A DNA stretch of 64,000 nt from Eledone cirrhosa (Eukaryota). The stretch is from NCBI GenBank assembly GCA_964016885.1, contig OZ024747.1:70122001-70186000 (forward strand), written 5' to 3'. Below are positions 14,104 through 28,486 of this stretch, piece after piece; position 1 is the first letter of the stretch; each line of letters starts with the position of its first letter. Both the position numbers and the translations under genes were made by a program. The notes beneath the pieces are model-generated. The model did no database searches and was not told the origin of the DNA. It saw only the letters and a program-made list of their open reading frames with translations.

Positions 14104-14640
14104 CACTTACACACACTAACATGCATGCTTATATGTGTATGCAATCATGTAAATTTGCACAAGAGGACCTTGACTATGAGGATGAGGGTGATAAAATGGA
14201 TGGTACCAATTTTGTACTCAAGAAATACATTCCACTATCAGAAGAAATAAGTCCAGTTTCATCAAAATTACCCAAACTATAATATAATTTTAAAAATTTT
14301 TGAAAATAATCATCTCAAGCTTTTATAAGTTGTGTCCATCATCTAGATAATGAGTCAATTAGATAAGCTCATTGAAATATTTTACAGCATTCACTTTTGT
14401 AATAATGATCCTCAATTAATGAACATTGTTAAATAATTATGCATCAAATTAAATTCAAATAACACAAATTGTAAACATCCGTTAATCTACAATTAAACAA
14501 TCAATACAATTACACACCCAAATTTATGTTATAACATAAATATATTGATTTCTTTTGATCACTTTCAAGGCTGGTTATAAAATAGTCAATTGGTTACACT
14601 CCAGTATATATTTAATACTTATTTTATAAACACTTTAAAT

Positions 14641-15021
14641 CAGAGCTTATCAAAGTGGATGCTACCAACTCCGAGGGGGCATTGAAAATGTCCAGGGGTC
14701 GCCGGGGCCTAAGGGGGTGGGGTGGGTGGGAGTAGCAGTAGAGATGATATAATAGCATATTAAATATCGAATGATACATATTATATATAAATATAGTAGA
14801 ATAAAAGATATATAATATTTATTTATACATAGTTTATATATTATTATATTATTTATTATATATTATTATATTATTTATTATATATAAATTGACAATTTTA
14901 TTTATTATATGTTATTTACAATTTGTGTGTTGGCAGGTCTCTCTGAGATAGGGATGGTGGCACTGAGGCTATTGTGTGGTTGTGAGGGGGGCAGTGGACC
15001 CCAAAAGTCTGAGAACCTCTG
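14641..15021. mobile_element. hAT-type MITE with 8-bp TSD
   Basis: TSD CTTTAAAT at 14633-14640 and 15022-15029. Termini CAGAGCTTATCAAA / TCTGAGAACCTCTG are imperfect Charlie-like TIRs. Confidence 0.75.
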
Positions 15022-15029
15022 CTTTAAAT

Positions 15030-15470
15030 AGAGCCAACATGACAAACTTTAGATGGTTGCTTGCTCTGTGACAAATAGCAGACAAATCTCCCTCCAGTCA
15101 CATCCTATCATTATTAAAAAAAAGGTATATTTGATAATGTGTGGTACTAGATACACCCTATATAAAATATGAGACAAGACAATCACAGTTGGAACACCTT
15201 TAATCATACAGTTCATAGATCAAGGATAAACAACAATAACAACACCCACCATGAGCCAGTGAAGAAGTCTTTACCTGGTCAACAAATTTGATAGAAGTAG
15301 AAACTAAATCTTCAAATTACATCATACTGTTTTAACAAATATATCATGCAAGGTAGTCTGGGATATATAATACCAGAACCAAACGTTATTATCATGGCTA
15401 TGGAAGGTCTCCATTTGTTGTTTAGCCCCATATAAGGGGCTTATACAGAGCTAAACAACAACAGCAATAA
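15030..15470 (+). repeat. Two copies of an old dispersed repeat (also near 5170, 21750, 35090, 40240, 48200, 48800 and 54990)
   Basis: Recurring gaaatagcagctaaatctccctcaaatcaca...catggctggaa...aaacaacaac pattern, very degenerate. Confidence 0.5.
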
Positions 15471-16072
15471 CATTAAAAGGATGAAAGTCAAGGCTTCAAA
15501 TTAAGGGTACAGAGGGAAATTTTGCTGTCTCAAATAACTCCTGTGTTTCTAACATAGAATATATTATGTTAAATAATGTTTGTTCTCAGTATACAGAATA
15601 TTATATATTTCTTTTCAGGTAAAATAACATATGAGTTCAACTAAAATGTCCCAAAGCAAAAGATTATTTAAAATCTTAGTTGACCTTACATGTATTCTAA
15701 AACTATATTCTTTATTACTAAAATATGTGCAATAGCAAGAAAAGGAAAGAGACTGTCTGTACAATATCAACAAAATCACCTTTGAATTACAAACTTCTTT
15801 AATTCTTTAGAGTTAGCCACTGTAACTAGTTGTCGGTAGCTAATCACTTAGTTCTACTTGATACACAGATATGTGCATGAAATGAATATATATATATCAG
15901 TTCCCGTCCACCCTTGCAAGCAGAGAAAAAGCAGACGTAAAATGAAATGAATGAAATGAAAAATATACATATATACATATATAACTCTTGCCATTTCAAC
16001 AACTATATATATATATATATCTACAACTCTTATCAAGTCCTCTCTGAATTATAGCCTTTTTTATTTATTATT

Positions 16073-16115
<43 letters not shown>

Positions 16116-16577
16116 TTCATATGTGTGTATGTGAATGTGTGTGCATATGTGAGTATATTTGAAATAAATTGCAATATCTCTAGCACAGTATGTAATGTTA
16201 CTATGCAGAACTTCCACTGATGCATTTAATCACTAATTAAGTATGATAACTGTAACCAACCTTTTATTGTTAGCAAGTTTATAACTATATACATTTCCAA
16301 ATAATATCACACTTAGATGGATCCTTGTTCATTATACATTCCAAACGGACTCAAATGAAAACAAAAATAAAAATGTGACTGAATTAGACAATGTTTTTAC
16401 AAGAAATTCTCTGAAACTTATAGCTACCACTTGAAACAGCACACTGAAGCTATAAATGTTTGTGATGAAATTGTTCTGAAAGTATCAGAGACAAAGACTT
16501 TAAGATGATGGATATAGGATGGAAACAAAGTAAAATGAAGCATCTTCTGATTATCAATCTATTAATACTTTCCTTAC

Positions 16578-16656
16578 CTTCAGAGCTTTACCAGGTTTTA
16601 TCCATTTAACACTATTGGTTGTGACAGAAAAGTGTAACGCTTCAATTGGATTCCTG
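16578..16656 (-). CDS. Candidate internal exon of an unidentified gene or lncRNA
   Basis: Acceptor tctttccatttcag (NAGNAG) and donor AAG|gtaagg. One open frame: RNPIEALHFSVTTNSVKWIKPGKALK. No recognised homology. Confidence 0.25.
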
Positions 16657-17049
16657 CTGAAATGGAAAGAACTCATTGAAGCATTTCTCAGATTCATCTC
16701 TGTGACAAAACAAATTTTAAAGTTATTAGGATGGCTAAGAGAGAGGTGGGAGCTAGTTATAGTAATGTGAAAGGAGCCAGTTTCTCTATCAGAAGGTGAC
16801 GAATTTTAGGATGTGGCAAATGTTAAACCAATCTAGTGTTGACAGCAATCAGATTTGGTATCAATCAATGAAAGTAGAGTGGTTGTCAGCAGTTCTGAAT
16901 GTCCCAATTATTGTTTAAGCTTTGCTTAGTGGATGTTTTGCATACTGATTTATTTTCTGGGACTATATACTTTAGACTAAAATAGAGAAATTTACATGTC
17001 TTTTTATTACTTTTATGTAGTATCTGTTTGTTAGTAAAAAATACCAACT

Positions 17050-18270
17050 GAAAAAGCATTTTTACTAACCAAAATCCTATTGTTAGATATATAAAAATAA
17101 CCCTGATGCCAACAGAGAAGTGGCCCTGTTCGATATGCAGAAAAGGAGTTAGGCAGAAACTTTATATGATGTATGCAAAACAATTCTAGCAGGAACTTTG
17201 TAGAAGCAAAATAGAGGAAAGCATAGTTCTAGAAGTAAAATAATTGGAAGAATTCTGGAGAAGACTGTAAACAACAGAGGTACTACCCCACACAGGAACA
17301 GTAAGAATGACAAACACAGACCCTGAACAACTATGAAAAGACATCACAACAGAGAAAGTGTCTAAGACACTGAAAAACACAAGTAACTGGAAGGCACAAG
17401 ACCCCAAAATTCTTGTTGAAATATTTATGAAGGACACATGTTGTACCTGTAGAAAAGTTTAATAAAATGCTTACAGAGCTAGAAGTAACACCTGCTGCAT
17501 CCAAGTGACAATTTGAAACATTGCTGCAGACAGGATATGGGTTCACAAAAGAAATAGGCATGAAATTTGAACTAGAAAAAGGCTCCAAGGCAAGTAAGAA
17601 AGAAAGAGAGGAAATCTGATTAAAAACACTAATCACACAAGATAAAGAAACTGAGATAAGAAAATTAAATGAAACACAGACATACAAATAACTAAAAATC
17701 AATGAACTGGAGAGAATTCAACATACAGATGAAAGAAAATACAAGAAAGGAGTACACTAATCAAATTGCATTCTTACTTAACACAAAACTAAATACAAAG
17801 AATAAGGTTATAGGCATCAATATTTTAGTGATACCAGTAATAAGCAACAGTTTAATATTCTGGACACTAAAAGAACTAACAGGACTAGACAAAAAATTAA
17901 GAAAAATAATGACTGAATTTAGAATATACATATATAGAAAAACAGATACAGAAATATTATACCTAACATGAACACAGAGATGTAGGGGTCTTATACAAAT
18001 CGAAAACCATTATAAAATAACTGCTGTAGGACTACAAAATATCTAATGAAGTGTATGTCTGTGTGTGTGTGTGTGCAAAAGGTGCACAGAGATGTACTCA
18101 GTAATGCGATGATGACATGCAATAAAATACATATGAATTTCAAGTTGTCATAAGGTCAAGGTCATCCCCATCATCATAGAAGCACTAGAAACTATCCTGG
18201 CGGGTTAAAAAACATTAGCACAGCCTGCTTTTTTTTAACACTTCAAAAGCATGACTACTGGGCACAGTGC
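17050..18270 (+). mobile_element. Decayed, internally deleted R4/Dong-like non-LTR retrotransposon
   Basis: Fragments NWKA.DP, LLQT.YGFTKEIGMKF.LEK, TKLNTKNKVIGINILVIPVI..WTLKELTGLDKKLRKIMT and VKVIPIIIEALETI are typical of R4-clade RT and RLE ends. Confidence 0.7.
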
Positions 18271-19970
18271 TGAGAAGAAGAAGAAGAAGAAGAAGAAGAA
18301 GAAGAAGAAGAAGAAGAAGAAGAATAGCTTCTAATTTAGCCATTTAGGGGGAGGGGAAAGTCATTTATATTTAGCCCAATACTTGATTGGTTCTTATTTT
18401 TTTGATCCCCACAAGGATGAAAAACAAAGATGACCTCAACAGGATTTGAACTAAAACTGTAGGGCCTCAGAATAATTTCTGCAAATGATTGTATCAGATG
18501 ATTAAACAATTTTTATAAAATTTGACATGAAGCTTCAAGAAAGTAGAGAGAAATCATTGCCTGAAACCGGACAAGAACACAGAATCCATAAGCCAGGTAG
18601 CTGTAAATTTGACTTGCAGGCTGTTATGTCACTCACTATATCTAACAACAGATAAGAGCCAATGCTCAGAGTGCTCCAACAATGGCTGAAGATTACAGTA
18701 GAGAAGCTTATGCAATCATTTATGTTAGTTATGACAGCAATGACAACACAGCCACTACAAATGAAAGTCATCATCATTATTAATGCTCTACTCATTGTAT
18801 AATTAATAATCTAAAAGGATCGCTTTTGTAAGTTTTAATTGGGCATGCTTTGACTTTTGACAATATGAAATGGATGGTGGTGGTTGAGTATGTGATGGTG
18901 GGTATTGTAGTTGGTAGTGGGTGTTGATGTAGGTGATGTTGGCATTGTTAGTGGTAGTTGAGTAGGTGATGGTGACATTAGTCGTGGTGGTACTGGGGAG
19001 GGTGGCAATGATGGTAGTAGTGTTAGATATGGTGACATTGGTGGTAGTGATTTTGGCGATAGTAACATTGATGTTTGTAGTTGGTGGGACTGGAAAGTGT
19101 GGCATTGTTGGCGACAGAGATGGCAGCAGTGGTGAAGGTGGCATTAGTGTTGATGGTGGAGTTGGTGATGAATTTTATTAATTTGGTGTTGGTGTTGGCT
19201 GTTTAGGCAGTGTTGTGGATGATCGTGGTGTTGGTGGTGATCAATTGGGTGGGTTATTATAGGCAAGCTGCTTCAATTCCCTCTTACACTCAAGGAATGT
19301 AAATTTGTCATTATGGGATCAAAGCCAGATATGTGAAAGAGGCTGAAAGGATGTGGGGGTTTTAAATAAAGTAAATGCAGAAGCAGAGGTAGGAGAGTGA
19401 AGGGGACATAATTAACTCATGTAATTTTGCTAGAAAGAGAGAAAAATATGCAAATAGCATAACCCATGTAAATTGTCATTGTCATTTTGAGATTAATTGT
19501 GCATATTAACAACTTAGATACTTAACTGTTGTAAGAAATCATAACACAGATACAACATAGCACTCATAGAACAGGTATATACATACACTTTAGTTATGTA
19601 CATACACAACCACTTTACGCTTCTCTCTCAACGTCATTCAAGAATCCATATGTTGTGTGCAGGAAGGGTGTGTAAAATTTACCATTATTCTGATGGCTTG
19701 CTGCCAAATTCTAGAACAAACTAACCTTCTCGATTATGGTCATATTTCATATATTGATAACTATATTGTAATGAAAATATTATTTCAGAATTACTGGTGG
19801 CTGGGTTGTGGTGGTGGTGTGTACTGTTGGACGATGTTAATTAGTGGTGTTTGTGGTAGGTGTACTGTTGTTGTTTAACACCAGTTCAATCCACACCAAG
19901 AAAACCTATTATCAAAGACATTCCAGCAATGACCATCTGGCTTTGTAGGAGTTTCTATGTGTACCTTATC

Positions 19971-21160
19971 TATCAGGTTGTAATGAAGTCTCTGTCCATT
20001 TTTTAAGGTTCAATAAAACAATAAAAAAACACAATATCAGATTTATTTAATCATTAATGTAGTCACCATTCTCTGCTATGACCTCTCTCCATCTGTCAAT
20101 AAGCTTTTTAGTGCAACATTCATAAAATTCTTTAGGTTTTGAACTAAAAAAGGAAACTAACTCATTTTCGACGTCTTCTCTTGAAGTAAGTATTAATCCA
20201 CTCAAATGATTTTGCAAACTTCTAAAGGGATGGTAATCTGTTGGTGCATTCGAGAGAATATTGTGGGTGAAGCATAACTTCCCAGGCCTATTTTTCTAGG
20301 AGATCTTTGGTCTTTTGTGCAATGTGAAGTCTAGCATTAACTAAGTCTAGTCATGAATGATGACACCTTTTCTGTGTGTTAATGATGGGCATTTTTGCTG
20401 CAAAGCTTCTTTCAAACATCTTAGTTGTTGGCAATAGACTTTGGCTGTTATTGTTTAATTATCACCTAGCCATTTGTGATGAATTATTCCCTGTATATCC
20501 CACCACACACTCAGAAAAATCTTCCTTGGAGGCAGTCCACTTTTGGGCAGCCAAACTGGTTCTTCACCTTGTCTTCGTTTAATATCATGGTAAAGTATTC
20601 ATTTCTCATCTCTAGTAATGACTCTGTTCAAAACCTGCTGTGCATAACTGTGATTCACTACAGTCAGCCCATTGTTTGTGATTGTCTGCAGAAAGATTGA
20701 ACCAAACCTTTGACACTTTGTCAATCATTTTCAATTCACAAAGAATGGAGGTATGGCACACATTGAAGTCTGTGCTTAGTTCCCAAACTGTAATGGTTAG
20801 GTTTGCATCAACAACGGCTTTCAATGCACCTGAATCCAGCCCTTTTCAGCACCTCCCTCTTGATTCATCCTGCAGGCTGTAATCCCTGTTTATAAATCAT
20901 GAAAACCATCTCCTGCATCTTCTTTCACCATCTCTAGAAGTGTTTTGCACTATTAAATTTTTTTAAATGCATAAAAAATAACTTCTCGAATGTGTTCTCT
21001 ATTTGGATTGAACATGGTGTCAATACAACAGCTTCAATAAAGATGAATTTGACAAAATCTGAAAAGAAATGAAACATATTAGTGATGTCAAAATATTCCA
21101 AATATAATTGAGAACTCGAGATTTACTTAGAATAAAACGAACAGAACTTTAGTTACAATA
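19971..21160 (-). mobile_element. Decayed mariner (Tc1/mariner) transposon, ~1.2 kb
   Basis: HTH segment KAVVDANLTITVWELSTDFNVCHTSILCELKMIDKVSK, TRDEK*ILY, and an HPQYS..APTDYH.FRSLQNHL-like motif. Degenerate TIRs (ttgtaatgaagtctctgtccatttt / aaaacgaacagaactttagttacaa). Confidence 0.85.
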
Positions 21161-21324
21161 TATGGGATTTGATGCAGATTTGTTTGAAATTTCTAACATG
21201 CTGAGTGACTGCTTAGATACTTCTTTGTTGTTTCGTTGTTGTTATTGTTGGCAGTGCTCATTGGAGTAGTGAAAATTATCATGGTTGTGGTGGTTTATAT
21301 TAATCATCGGATTTTCAAGTAACT

Positions 21325-21598
21325 GTGAATGTAGTTGGTGTTAGGAAGGGCATCCAGCTGTATATTCCTCAGACAAACTTGCAGTATCATCGGAGCAAGG
21401 TATGGCATGGCCAATTCTGGCCAGACTTGTCTCTTGACATAGACGACCCATCTAACCCATGCAAGCATGAAAATGAAAAAATGGATGCTAAACTGATAAT
21501 TGTTTCTACGTTAGGCACAAGGCCAGCAATTACCCAGTGCATTACTGGTACTTTATTTTATCGACCCCGTAAGGATGAAAGGCAAAGTTAACCTCGGC
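21325..21598. mobile_element. RTE-tail repeat (+) followed by a truncated SINE family A copy (-)
   Basis: aggaagggcatccagctg...cccatgcaagcatg, then the SINE core at 21500-21598. Confidence 0.7.
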
Positions 21599-23877
21599 TA
21601 AACAGTGATAATGCTGATTGAAAATAATCAAGATTTTAGAAGGATTTAGTAATATAATTAACTTTCTCATTTTTGACCTGGTGTTTGTAATATAAACTAA
21701 AATATTCTTACATAGAAATATGGAAGGATGATTGTTGCTTTAGTTGGCATTGTTTGACATCCAAATCAACCCTGGTAAAGCAGAGCACTGGTAAAAGGTG
21801 TGTTCCAACCATGACAGTCCCATCTTTGTATATCTAGAATTATGTTGTCCAATGTGTCTTTCCTTCTTTTATTCAATTATAATGGTATTGGTGGTGATTA
21901 TAGTAGTGAAAGCATTAGATTGGTGCTGGTAATGACTGGACATTGTTAAACTGTCTTTCCCTTTTTGTTATCTCTAGAGAAAATTGTGGAAATTATTGAT
22001 AGAATTGGGAAGTTTCTAAAATGTCTTAAAATAATATCAAATTTAATGGTCATTTATAGCAATTGATCTTTCCATACTCCCTTCTTTTGTTCTTCTATTT
22101 CACTTATTCTCCCTCACATTATCTCTCACTCTCTTTCTTTCCCAATATACTTTTAGTAATTGCCTCTTCTCTGACTCTCTCACTTTCTATCTAAATCTTT
22201 CTTTTCTCCACTGTCCATCAAGTTTATTATTATTGCCCAGATTCAATCATGCATATAGATAGATATATGTATTATATATCATATATCAATAATATACACA
22301 CTAATATCATTAATATACATACATACATATGTGTATGTATGTATATATATACATATATATATTTGTGTGTGTGTTTGTGTGTGTACATGTCTTCATTCTG
22401 AAATATCCAGATATCTACACATATTGCATATATTTAATTAATGTTAATTATAATAGTATAGAAATATATCACTGTGTGTACAAACAACCCCTCCCCCCAC
22501 ACACATACACATACACACACACACATACACACACACAATAGCACAGTGATATAAACAAAAGCATAAAGATCACAAGCATCCACCATTTCACCTAGATATA
22601 ATTACATATCTTAACACACATCCATACGTACATACATCCATATGTACATACATACAAACATACATACATACATATCCTGAGAAGTTGGGCTTCCCAGAAC
22701 GAGAAAGGGCTACTTTGGAAGTTGCTGGTACAGTTCATTGGTGAAAATTTATAAAATAATAAAACCAGAAGAACACACACACATACACACATGCATACAT
22801 ACACATATGCATATATGCATACATACATAGACATACAACATCAACTCCCTGCAAATAAAATTAAGCTGATAAACTATTTGTGTACTTCATATGAGTGAAA
22901 TATATAAGTATGCACATTGAAATTGCAATGTACAATGCATTCAAAATTAAAATTTGTAAAACTTATATTAATATAATATATAACATATATGATAATAAAA
23001 TATATAACAAATATAATAAATAATTATATTAAATACATTATATTTTCTATCTGGCTATAGATAGATCCATTGTTGATTATCATTATTGATTTGAGGGTAT
23101 AGGTGAAATAGGCATATTGACGTTTATACCTTTTTCAAGATCATTAGCATTGTATGTGATGTCAAATAACTACAATAGGCAAGTGAAATCAGGTCAGAAA
23201 CTCAGTCACCAGAAACTCACCTTTACTGTATGGGGAATGCTAGTGATATAGAAACACATTGGCATGCATAAATGCCTATTCAGACATCCTATATATGTAA
23301 ATATATATTTAGTCTTACTGTGAAGTAATTATGGGTTAAAACTCCAAGTTAAAGAGAGAATATGTGAACAGCAATTGAAGGATATCAATTTTGATTCTCA
23401 CTACACACTTTGTAAGCTTTTGTAATACTTAATTATATGCTCTTTTGATCAGATGAAAAGTCATTAACTCTTAATGGCCTATTGCATGAAATGCATTAGC
23501 GAGACATTCTTGATAAGTATAAAACAGTTATAAGATTATAGAATATTAAAAATTAAAATTATTACTCTAATATAACTTTTCACAACAATTTGTCCACTAG
23601 TAAAGATATTATAAACATTTTATTTTAAATATAAAGACTTTAGAACAGATGGCCTCAAGTGGTAGATTGTTATTAAAAGGAGGGAAAAGCGGTGATGATG
23701 ATGATGATAAACAATCTGGTTTTGATCTACAAAAGTATAAATAATTTTTCTGCTTCCTACTCTTCTATTTGTTGTCAAGAAATTACATTAAAATTTACTC
23801 AATCATAATTAACAATAAAGTTGTAATTTGGAAGAGTCATTACAATAAGAGTCATTACAATAAGCAGAAATTTAGCT

Positions 23878-23923
23878 GTACTACCACTACTACTACTACT
23901 AGAAATACTAACACTACTGCTGT

Positions 23924-23977
<54 letters not shown>

Positions 23978-24048
23978 CATGATCATCTCCATCTCCATCA
24001 CTACTACCACGATCATAATCATTATCATCTCCACCACAATCACTACTT
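23878..24048. repeat. (ACT)n/(ATC)n trinucleotide repeat
   Basis: Seen directly in the sequence. Confidence 0.9.
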
Positions 24049-25317
24049 TTGAAATTGTTCTTTTCCTGAACATTATCACCATTATCTGTGTAAATACATT
24101 AAAGAATTGCAATGTTTGTGTGTGTGTGTGTGTGTATATCCATGTGTGTGTAACATTATCAAAGTTGAGCTCTGCACATATGTTCATTTTAGAAAAGTTT
24201 TAGAAAAGCTCTATTTTATGTACTTACCTTAGTTGGCCAAACTGAACAACAATTTCATGTTTGAGTCGTGGTTAGTGGTAGGAAGGTTAAACAACTGTTA
24301 AAAACTAGTGTTCTAACGAATAGATCATTTCATTCATATAAACATAAACAAAAATAGATGCAAAATATGTAGAAGAAACTACCCTGATAGAATATTTAAA
24401 TAAAATCTATTAAATACAATAATTAATTCAAAGTTTTCAGTGAAGATTTGTAAAATGACTGCCGCAGTTTTTGGTGAATTAGTTTATCTTTATTCCAAGA
24501 CCACAATTTCTTATTTTCAAATAATAAAAATAAAACAAAAATACTTGGCAAGAGTAGTCCGAAAATAACTGCTAAGGTTTACTTATTTCCCTTCAGGGAT
24601 ATCGATTTAATCAATCAAAACCCTATAATAAGTCATATCTAAAAGTTAAATCATAACTTTCTACGACTTCAAAACCATATCCCCAAGTCAAAAACAAGAG
24701 GGGAAAAAATAATGTGAATATATGAAAGCTTTATCATCTCTAATTGAAGTGTATGAAACTCTTTTGCACTGGAGGCTAAAAGTGAGATTGAACTGTTCAC
24801 CTTAATTTATAAGTTTATGCTCATAGTAAATTCATATTCGGTTCAATATATGATAAAATTCCAACATACGCGAAGAGTAATTGGTGAGGTAGGTTAATTA
24901 ATATCAATCTGAAGTCATCATTGGCCAGAAGAATGTTTTCTAATTTATCCTGGAGCTTTCATCCAGATTTCATATTCCAATACCTGTTTAGATAACAAAA
25001 GATGAAATTCATTCTATAATTATTGCATTTAGTCAGAAAAGGTATGTCTTCATTAGGCTATTTTGGTTGCTAATTAGTTTGAAAGGTTTCATAAAATATT
25101 ATGGAGAATATTTCATAAATTGGATGTTTTCCTTCTGAGAAAATTAATCTGAATTGGAAGTTTGGTTGGTGTAAGTGTAGGTAGTGTTGGAGAAGTTGTC
25201 TATGGGACTTTAGTTCAAATACTGCTATTGGAGAAAAATTGAAATTGTAGCAATACTTCTTTTGCCTCAGACAATTTAGCTGTTATTAATATCATTTCAT
25301 TGAAAGGTAGCTATTTG

Positions 25318-26310
25318 GAAAGAGAGCGGTGAGAGATGAGAGAGAAAGAAAGAGAAGAGAGAGAAAGAAAGAGAGCGGTGAGAGAAAGAAAGAGATAAGA
25401 GAGAAAGAAAGAGAAGAGAGAGAAAGAAAGAGATGAGAGAGAAAGAAAGAGAGGAGAAAGAAAGAGAAGAGAGAGAAAGAAAGAGAGGGGAGAGAAAGAA
25501 AGAGATGAGAGAGAAAGAAAGAGAAGAGAGAGAAAGAAAGAGATGAGAGAGAAAGAAAGAGAGGAGAGAGAAAGAAAGAGAAGAGAGAGAAAGAAAGAGA
25601 GGAGAGAGAAAGAAAGAGAGAAGAGAGAAAGAAAGAGATGAGAGAGAGAGAAATAAAGAGAGGGGAGAGAAATGAAAAGAGGGGAGAGAAAGAAAGAGAG
25701 GAGAGAGAAAGAAAGAGAGGAGAGAGAGAGATAGAAAGAGAGGGGAGAGAAAGAAAGAGAGGAGAGAGATAGAAAGAGAGGGGAGAGAAAGAAAGAGAAG
25801 AGAGAGAAAGAAAGAGAGGAGAGAGAAAGAAAGAGAGGAGAGAGAAAGAAAGAGAGGAGAGAGAAAGAAAGAGAAGAGAGAGAAAGAAAGAGAGGAGAGA
25901 GAAAGAAAGAGAGGAGAGAGAAAGAAAGAGAAGAGAGAGAAAGAAAGAGAGGGGAGAGAAAGAAAGAGAGGAGAGAGATAGAAAGAGAGGAGAGAGATAG
26001 AAAGAGATGAGAGAGATAGAAAGAGCAGAAGTGATAGAGAAAGAAAGAGAGACATAGTTGGAAATAATATGTTATGGGTGTTTATGTGTACGAGAGAGAG
26101 TGAGAGAGAAAAGGGAAAGAGAGAGAGAGAAGGAGAGAGAGAAGGAGAGAGAGAGAGAGAGAGAGAGAGAAGGGAAAGAGACTGAGAAACATAGTCAGAG
26201 ATAATGTGAAAAAAAGAGAGAGACAAAGAGATGGAAAGAGTAAGAGAAAGACAGTCAGAGGGAATATGTTAGTGTGAGAAAGAGAGAGGAAGAGAAAGAG
26301 TGAGAGAGAT
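25318..26310. repeat. Polypurine GA-rich minisatellite (~19-bp gagagaaagaaagagag units)
   Basis: About 720 bp of almost pure A/G from 25318 to 26050, then GA-rich sequence. Confidence 0.9.
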
Positions 26311-27037
26311 TATGTCAGACATTACATCATACAGATTTGAAGATGAAGAAACCATACATAGACCAATAATTTGAATACAAAAACAAAAATGTTAACAATT
26401 TAACTGAATAAAATGAGGTGTTAAATATCTATCTATCTCTCTTTCTATATGTATCTATTTATCTGTCTATATACTTATGTACAAATACTCCATCGCCACC
26501 ACCCACACACATACATTAGACTACATGACTACAGTCTAATGACTGAAACAAGAAAAAAATATAATAAAATATCATCAATTTACATCCACTTTCCGAGCTG
26601 GCATGGGTTTGATGTGTTGTCATAGTTTGTAATTTGATGGGTTGGGAAGACGTCATCTTGTTCATATATTCCAAATTTGGCATGATTTTTATGGCTTGAT
26701 GCACTTTTGAACACCAACCTCATTGCAGGGTTTACTGGGTATAGTTCTCATATCACCAGCACTAATACTTTACAGACTATACTGGGTGTATCTTATGGAA
26801 CCAACACTAAAACTTTACAAAGCATACTAGGTGCACTTTAGCACAACTCCCAAACCAGGGAGCTTTTCCGATTTCCAGGTTCAAAGGTTCCTCTTTATTA
26901 CAGATACAAATACCCAAATCCGCCCTCCCCAATTTATATGGAAGAATGGACATACAACAGTGACGATGATATATATATATTTAAAAATACAAAAGACCAA
27001 AGTTAACAACTTAAATCCATTCATTAATTTCTTCATC

Positions 27038-27223
27038 AAGGGCGGTGGATTGGCAGTATCGGTAGAGGGTCGGACGCCATGCTTTCCAGCATAGTTACAT
27101 CCGTTTACGATCTGAGTTCAAATCCCGCCAAGGTTGATTTTGCCTTTCATCCTTACGGGGTCGATAAAATAAAGTACCAGTAATGCACTGGTAATTGCTG
27201 GCCTTGTGCCTAAAGTAGAAACA
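27038..27223 (+). mobile_element. SINE family A, young full-length copy with 15-bp TSD
   Basis: TSD ATTAATTTCTTCATC at 27023-27037 and 27224-27238. Intact A/B boxes. The central domain resembles, from memory, the Meta-SINE conserved domain. Confidence 0.92.
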
Positions 27224-27794
27224 ATTAATTTCTTCATCTTTTTCAATATGGTTACAATATTACATGCATATGAATGCAATCGAAAATAAATACTTAGTCA
27301 TTATTAACCCTATATGTGTGAGATGGAATAGAGTTTACTAAATCCAAAAAGGAATAAGAATAGATCTGGGCCCAAAGCAAGCAACTAAAGAAAAAAAACA
27401 GATTGTACATGGAGTTGTCGCAAAGTGTAAAATTGTGATTATAGTTTCAGGTAGAAAGTATTACATCATTATTATTCATAATGTTATTATTAATGTTTTC
27501 CTTATATTGTTAGAATAATATTTGTTGTTAGTTAGATATGTAAGAGTGGAAAGCAGTTCAAGCAAAGCAAATTTATGTAAGAAGGAGCAGTAAACATTTT
27601 TGTGTAAATATATATATATAAGAAACATACATAACAAACACACATAAATTATTATTAACACTAATATTAATCTGGTCCAATGACCCAATCAGTGTAGAGG
27701 GTTGAATTGGTTAAATTCATATTACACTGTTAGAAAGATGTATTTTAAAATTTAAATTTACCTAAAATAATAGTGGAATACTTCAATATAATCA

Positions 27795-28108
27795 CCTATA
27801 AAGTGGTCATGTAGGTGTCACAACAAAGAGCACCCAGTCCACATTGTAAAGTGGTCATGTAGGTGTTACAACAAAAAGCACCCAGTCCATGCTGTAAAGT
27901 GGTCGTGTAGGAAATACAGTAAAAAGGCTCCCAGTCCACACTGTAAATGTGGTTAGTGTTAGGAAGGGCATTAAGCCATAGAAAAGCTGCCAGATACAGT
28001 TCTATATGAGCAAGACACAGTCACCCAACCAATCTTGCCCCAAGTGGGACAATCCCGTCTAACCCAAGCTAGCATGGAAGATGGATGTTAAACGATGATG
28101 ATGATGAT
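27795..28108 (+). mobile_element. RTE 3'-UTR repeat with four ~43-bp units and a (GAT)n tail
   Basis: Repeated aaagtggtcatgtaggtgtca..caaaaagcacccagtcc units, then gttaaacgatgatgatg. Confidence 0.8.
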
Positions 28109-28116
28109 ATATATAT

Positions 28117-28290
28117 ATATTATAAAGAGTTGGGACCCCAATTACTAAGGTCTTGCTGTTTCAACAGCTAGTTCTAGAGTCTGGAACTAGCTGTTGAAAC
28201 GACAAGAGCTCAGCCATCGGGGTCCCGACTCTTTATAATATAACAATACTCTGTTGGTCTAACCAGTTTCAAACTGAATAGATTTATATA
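28117..28290 (+). mobile_element. Palindromic (TA)n-associated element with a hammerhead 3' half
   Basis: Inverted repeat 28117-28242 centred on hairpin aacagctagttc..gaactagctgtt, followed by GAAACGAC..GAGCTC.GCCATCGGGGTC. The tail matches the reverse complement of 30912-30955. Confidence 0.65.
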
Positions 28291-28300
28291 TATATATTAC

Positions 28301-28486
28301 AGAAATAGCTTTTACAGGACTAGAACTGTTTCATTCAGGAGAAATCATCAGAAATCATCAGTGCTTTCTGGTGATTTCTCCAGAATGAAAAAGTTCTAGT
28401 CCTGTAGAAGCCATTTCTATATTAAATATTCATACTCTGCTATGTATTGAGTTCCTTACTTACTGTGGTTACCCCCGATTGAACCC

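Noticed and set aside
24221-24296. Strong minus-strand donor AAG|gtaagta
   Set aside because: The upstream sequence looks like a decayed RTE-tail repeat, with no convincing exon.
25297-26226. 309-aa ORF (SLSFSLL repeats)
   Set aside because: Translation of a CT-rich minisatellite that has no stop codons by composition.
27795-27950. CRISPR-like ~43-bp periodic repeats
   Set aside because: Contiguous tandem units with no unique spacers; they belong to the RTE 3' UTR in a eukaryotic context.
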